A stretch of 64,000 nt of DNA from Candidatus Eiseniibacteriota bacterium (lineage in GTDB: Bacteria; Eisenbacteria; RBG-16-71-46; CAVPCR01): positions 640,001-704,000 of the forward strand of contig CAWGMA010000003.1 in NCBI GenBank assembly GCA_963823555.1, written 5' to 3'. This document shows, one piece after another, positions 59,683-64,000 of the stretch (position 1 is its first letter; each line of letters opens with the position of its first letter). The position numbers and the translations under genes are program-made. Under the pieces are notes generated by a model. The model was given only the letters and a program-made list of their open reading frames with translations. It ran no database searches and was not told the DNA's origin.

Positions 59683-62220
59683 ATGGCCGATTCACGAGCC
59701 TCCACGGACTCCCGCTCGCTCGCCGATCCGTCCCAGGAATCTACCAAGGCAGCCGGCAGAGCGATCGGGCGTTACCATGTCGCCGAGTCGCTCGGCACCG
59801 GAGGCATGGGGGAGGTGTTTCGCGCCTACGACCCCGTGCTCGACAGGGATGTCGCGCTCAAGCACTGCAAGCTGGCGGATAGTGAAACGACGGAGAGCCT
59901 CCTGCGCGAGGCGCGGCTCGCATCCCAGCTACAGCATGCCTCGGTCGTCTCGATCTACGATGTCTTCGAGTACCAGGGTGAGCCCGTCATTGTGCAGGAG
60001 TTCATCCGTGGTCACCCCCTGAGCGAGCGCATTCGTTCCGGCCAACCCTTCTCTCTCGCTGCATTCTTCACCGTCGCCGAGGAATGTGCATCGGCGCTGG
60101 CCGCAGCGGAGGCTCGGGACATCGTGCACTGCGATCTCAAGCCGGACAACATCCTCCTCGACACCGATGGTCACGGGCACATTCTCGATTTCGGCATTGC
60201 CCGGACCCTCCGGTGCGCAGAACCACGGGACGAGATGGAGGAGTCGCTTCGTTTCGCCGGCACTCCCGCCTACATGGCCCCGGAGCGGATCCGGGGTGAC
60301 GACCCGACGCCGGCGGCGGACATCTTCTCGCTCGGTGTCGTCTTCTACGAGATGCTGACGGGCGATCACCCCTTTCGCCAGAAGACCTTGAGGGCGACCA
60401 TCGATAGTGTCCTCGACTCGACACCGATTGCACCGAAGAACCGGCGGCGATCCATTCCGCGCGGCCTCGATCGGGTCGTGATGAAGATGCTCGCCAAGGA
60501 GCCCGCCCTGCGGTATCAGAGCGCAGCCGATCTGGTGCGGGACATCCAGGGTGTTCGCGACAAGTATGTGCGACGGCGACGCGAACGGCTCGAGGGCGCG
60601 GCGGTCCTGGGGGCGCTGGCTACCGCGGTGATCATCTACCTCATTACCCGGCCGCCCTCTGTTGAAGGGCTGAACCTGCTCGTACAGGATTTCGCGACCC
60701 AGTCCCCGGATTCCACTGCCGAGTTCTTTGCCGCCGGGCTGAGCGAGGCCATCGCCATCCACCTCCTCGACATCGAGGGTCTCAACATCCTCGATCCCCG
60801 CACCGAGATCAGGCCGGACCTCAAGCTGGAGGGCCGGGTGCTCCAGGAGGGCGAACTCATACGTATCCACTATCGCGTTCAGGACTCGGCTCGCGGCAAT
60901 ACGATCGCCGGCGATGTCATCGAAGGTCCCCTGGACGCGCTCTTCGCTCTCGAGGACCGCGTCACTCTCAGCATTGGCCGTGCCCTTAGCAGGAAGTACG
61001 GGTTGCATCAGGAAGCCGTGGAATTCTCGCAACCGACCCCTGATATCGATGCCTACAGCGAGTACTTGAGGGGGCGCGGTTACATGCTCCGTTTCGAGGA
61101 CGAGGGAAAGGTCGATCGCGCCATCCAGCACTTCGAGAAGGCGCTGGCGATCGATCCGCACTTTGCGCTGGCCATGGCTGGCCTGGGAGACGCGTTCTGG
61201 AAGCGCTACGAGGCAAGTCACGACACGGCCTGGACGCGGCGTGCGGAATCCATCTCCTTGACTGCCGCCGCTGAGGATTCGAGTCTGGCGGAGGTCCATG
61301 TCACCCTTGGCACCATCTATCAGGGCACAGGGCGTGATGAGATGGCGGCAGCCGAATTCCAGCGCGCCATTGCGGCCGACCCCAAGAACGAGGCGGCCTA
61401 TCGGGGGCTGGCGCGCTATCAGGAATCGCGGGGTGATCTGGCTGCCGCTGAAGAGACCTATCGCAAGGCCATCGATGCGCGGCCCTACTACTGGGCAGCT
61501 CACAACGATCTCGGTGTCTTCTACTTCCGCCAGGGCCGATTTGCCGACGCGCGTGGTGCTTTTGAGCGGGTTGTGGAGCTCACCGAAGACAACGCGCGGG
61601 GATATGCCAATCTCGGTGGCATGAACGCTCTGCTCGGTCAGGATTCACTGGCAGTCGCGGCCTATGAGAAGTCGATTGAGATCAAACCTAATTTCGCCGC
61701 CTATACGAATCTCGCCACGTTCTACCGGAGCCGGACGCGCTTTGCCGAGGCCGCCGCAACCTATGGGAAGGCGCTGGCCATCAACCCAAATCACTATGAG
61801 ATCTGGGGTGATCTGGGTGCCGTCTGTAGCCAGATCCCGGGGCGGGAGGCGGAGAGCGACAGCGCACTGGCGCGAGCCATTGAACTCGGCCGGGTCCAGA
61901 TCGGGGTCAATCCTGAGGATCCCTTCCTGCTCGTGCGGATAGCGCAGTACGAAGTGGCGCTGGGGCACGAGGACGAGGGTATGCAGCTGGCGGCGAAAGC
62001 CCTCGCCCTGGCACCCGATCAGCCCGAGGTGCTGTGGTATGCGGCGGGCGTCTTCGAGGGGGCCGGCGATCGGGATCGTGCCCTGTCAACGTTGCGTGAT
62101 GCACTCGAGGCGGGGTATCCCGCCGATGCAATGCGCCAGGAGACCTCTCTCGCGGAACTGCTCGCGGATCCGCGTTTCGAGAAGATCGTCAGGGAGGTTG
62201 AAGTCATCCAGGAGAGATGA
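59683..62220 (+). CDS. Ser/Thr kinase with TM segment and TPR repeats
   Basis: GTGGMG, HCDLKPDN, DFG, YMAPE, hydrophobic AAVLGALATAVIIYLI, TPR-like repeats. Confidence 0.93.
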   Translation: MADSRASTDSRSLADPSQESTKAAGRAIGRYHVAESLGTGGMGEVFRAYDPVLDRDVALKHCKLADSETTESLLREARLASQLQHASVVSIYDVFEYQGEPVIVQEFIRGHPLSERIRSGQPFSLAAFFTVAEECASALAAAEARDIVHCDLKPDNILLDTDGHGHILDFGIARTLRCAEPRDEMEESLRFAGTPAYMAPERIRGDDPTPAADIFSLGVVFYEMLTGDHPFRQKTLRATIDSVLDSTPIAPKNRRRSIPRGLDRVVMKMLAKEPALRYQSAADLVRDIQGVRDKYVRRRRERLEGAAVLGALATAVIIYLITRPPSVEGLNLLVQDFATQSPDSTAEFFAAGLSEAIAIHLLDIEGLNILDPRTEIRPDLKLEGRVLQEGELIRIHYRVQDSARGNTIAGDVIEGPLDALFALEDRVTLSIGRALSRKYGLHQEAVEFSQPTPDIDAYSEYLRGRGYMLRFEDEGKVDRAIQHFEKALAIDPHFALAMAGLGDAFWKRYEASHDTAWTRRAESISLTAAAEDSSLAEVHVTLGTIYQGTGRDEMAAAEFQRAIAADPKNEAAYRGLARYQESRGDLAAAEETYRKAIDARPYYWAAHNDLGVFYFRQGRFADARGAFERVVELTEDNARGYANLGGMNALLGQDSLAVAAYEKSIEIKPNFAAYTNLATFYRSRTRFAEAAATYGKALAINPNHYEIWGDLGAVCSQIPGREAESDSALARAIELGRVQIGVNPEDPFLLVRIAQYEVALGHEDEGMQLAAKALALAPDQPEVLWYAAGVFEGAGDRDRALSTLRDALEAGYPADAMRQETSLAELLADPRFEKIVREVEVIQER

Positions 62221-62312
62221 AGCACCATGGTGCTCTGTGACCTTCTTCAGGCCAGAGCACCGAGCTCAGCAGCAGGACAGAGATGATCTCTACAATTCGA
62301 GAGGAGGGCGGC

Positions 62313-62597
62313 ATGGTGACCAAGCTCTACGAGATCGTCGTCACCGGGACGCATGTGACGATCACTCCGGATGTGCACGATCTTGGGATCGATGACCAGG
62401 TGCAGTGGTCGATCGACGACGGAACCGGTACCGTGACGTTCGTATCGCGAGGGGTTGTCGACTTTCTCAATGACATTGTGACGCCGGAAAGCCGGGCTGC
62501 GGGGATTGCGATGATCCCCGGGGAGCACAAGTTTGCCGTGAACGTCTGGCTCAGAGGACAGATCAAGACAGTCTACGGGACCTTGATCATCACCTGA
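62313..62597 (+). CDS. Small beta-rich hypothetical protein
   Basis: GAGGAGG RBS, 94-aa frame, followed by a hairpin. Confidence 0.65.
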   Translation: MVTKLYEIVVTGTHVTITPDVHDLGIDDQVQWSIDDGTGTVTFVSRGVVDFLNDIVTPESRAAGIAMIPGEHKFAVNVWLRGQIKTVYGTLIIT

Positions 62598-62639
62598 GTG
62601 CGCTCAACGGCGGCGCACCGGATCCAGACCCATGCGACG

Positions 62640-62670
62640 GAGCCCCTGCCAGCGTGACTGGCAGGGGCTC
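62640..62670. terminator. Hairpin between convergent genes
   Basis: GAGCCCCTGCCAG/CTGGCAGGGGCTC 13-bp stem. Confidence 0.65.
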
Positions 62671-62718
62671 ATGACCTTTCGGCTGCTCGGGAACCACAGC
62701 GAAATCGCCAGGGCTTGC

Positions 62719-63441
62719 TTACTGGAAGATGGCCTTCAAGGCTCCCCAGGTGCCGCTCTCGACCGGGGTGGAGCAGTCGCTGTCGGCCGTGTCGTAGGCG
62801 TTATCCCCATCGTTGTCGAGGCCCTCGGGATCCCCAGCAAAGTCCTCGCTCGTGTTCGCGTTGCAGGCATCATCGGGCATGGCCGGGTGACCGGTGCCCG
62901 GATTGGCGTAGAAGCTCGGCAGGACATTCTCGCCCACGGGCGTGTAGCTTGCTGGGTTGGCATCGAGATGGCATTCGGCGCAGATCGTTGCTCCCGTATT
63001 GTAGTGATGCTGTCTGAGGCCGGCACCGTATCCGGTGCGTCCGGCGCCGACTTCTGGATTGCCGGCGACGTTGTCCTCCGCCCGGCCATGGCAGCCGACG
63101 CAGCCGATCGCGTCCAGGCCGCTGCCGCCGTCCGACGAATTCAAGATCACCGGGAACGTGTCTCCACCGCCATGACAGGTGTTGCAGTCGCTGTTCAGCA
63201 TGGTGGTCCGGTGCAGGTTGTGGAGATTCCCCCAGTTCATGCCGTCGGTGGCAGAGATGTATGAAGTCGCTCGGAAGTTGCCATGGCAGGCGCCGCAGTT
63301 GGTCGCGTCCCCGCCGTTCTGCGAGTACTGCCTGTAGGCAAGCCCTGGCTGACTCCAAAGGCAGAGAGTGGCGAGGGTGATAAGGCCAGTCGTGATGACC
63401 ACGAGGGATCGGGTTCCCGGGATCGAGTACCTCTTGTCCAT
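62719..63441 (-). CDS. Secreted tetraheme cytochrome c with TWG tail
   Basis: CGACH, CNTCH, CVGCH, CAECH. DNDGD Ca-binding-like motif. Ends PVESGTWGALKAIFQ. Confidence 0.88.
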   Translation of the reverse strand: MDKRYSIPGTRSLVVITTGLITLATLCLWSQPGLAYRQYSQNGGDATNCGACHGNFRATSYISATDGMNWGNLHNLHRTTMLNSDCNTCHGGGDTFPVILNSSDGGSGLDAIGCVGCHGRAEDNVAGNPEVGAGRTGYGAGLRQHHYNTGATICAECHLDANPASYTPVGENVLPSFYANPGTGHPAMPDDACNANTSEDFAGDPEGLDNDGDNAYDTADSDCSTPVESGTWGALKAIFQ

Positions 63442-63829
63442 TCCGCTTCCTCCGTCGAGCAAAAGGGGCCAAGGAGCCGTGACTCAGAGCAGCAACATGG
63501 CACCGGTCTTCACGATGTCGCCCGCGCTGCAATGGGACCCATACGCCACGATCGCGTCTCCCGCTCAGATTATCAGGCAACTCCATCCTGGACAATGGCT
63601 TTGTCGATTTGGCAAGGGTACTTCCCGCCGCGCCGAGACCGCACCGGGGCCATCCGACGGGTGAAGTGAACTCCCAGGACTCGATGGGGTACCAAAAGTC
63701 ATTGAAATCGGTGCTAGAGTCGCTATCGTCCTCTGGGGTGGCCAACCGCGCAGCCAGCTTTTTGGGGAACCCCCGGATGCTTCTCCTGCAGCTCCGATCG
63801 CGGCAGTGTCCTCCAGGAAGCGAGGCCCG

Positions 63830-64000
63830 GTGAATATCCTCCTCTACAGCCCGGACAATGGGGTCACACGCAATTACATGCCCCACCTCTGGATGTTTTT
63901 GCTCCAGTCCCTTACCCCCCCTGAACACCCCGTTCATCTCGTTGACGCCAATGCCACACCGCTTTCCGAGGATGGATTTGCAGCCTATATCCGCGTGCAT
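63830..64000 (+). CDS. N-terminus of a probable B12-binding radical SAM protein (partial)
   Basis: Manual translation MNILLYSPDNGVTRNYMPHLWMFLLQSLTPPEHPVHLVDAN, open to the window end. Confidence 0.6.
   Translation, partial: MNILLYSPDNGVTRNYMPHLWMFLLQSLTPPEHPVHLVDANATPLSEDGFAAYIRVH

Overview
GC-rich bacterial window. Its secreted proteins carry either a FlgD-Ig/T9SS-like C-terminal domain or a short 'TWGxIKxxF' tail. By inference only, this suggests an FCB-related candidate phylum such as Eisenbacteria, Krumholzibacteriota or Latescibacterota. The left ~23 kb is a mobile mosaic. It holds two copies of a cassette (conserved ~130-bp leader, small Cys-rich secreted protein, beta-helix surface protein) around a broken tyrosine recombinase. 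It also contains IS256, an amidohydrolase/porin island, IS481-like elements, an unclassified DDE element (at least six left-end copies, one element interrupted by IS3), a nucleotidyltransferase gene pair and a FadL pseudogene. The rest carries katG, phosphate-scavenging genes, PadR and ArsR units with visible operators, a 14-repeat FG-GAP protein, a KamA radical SAM enzyme, two divergent non-RD Ser/Thr kinases and a tetraheme cytochrome c. The best candidates for an undescribed system are (1) the TWG tail as a sorting signal interchangeable with the FlgD-type domain, and (2) the conserved-leader/Cys-rich/beta-helix cassettes. No rRNA, complete tRNA or CRISPR array was seen. All family calls come from reading motifs by eye, not from database searches.
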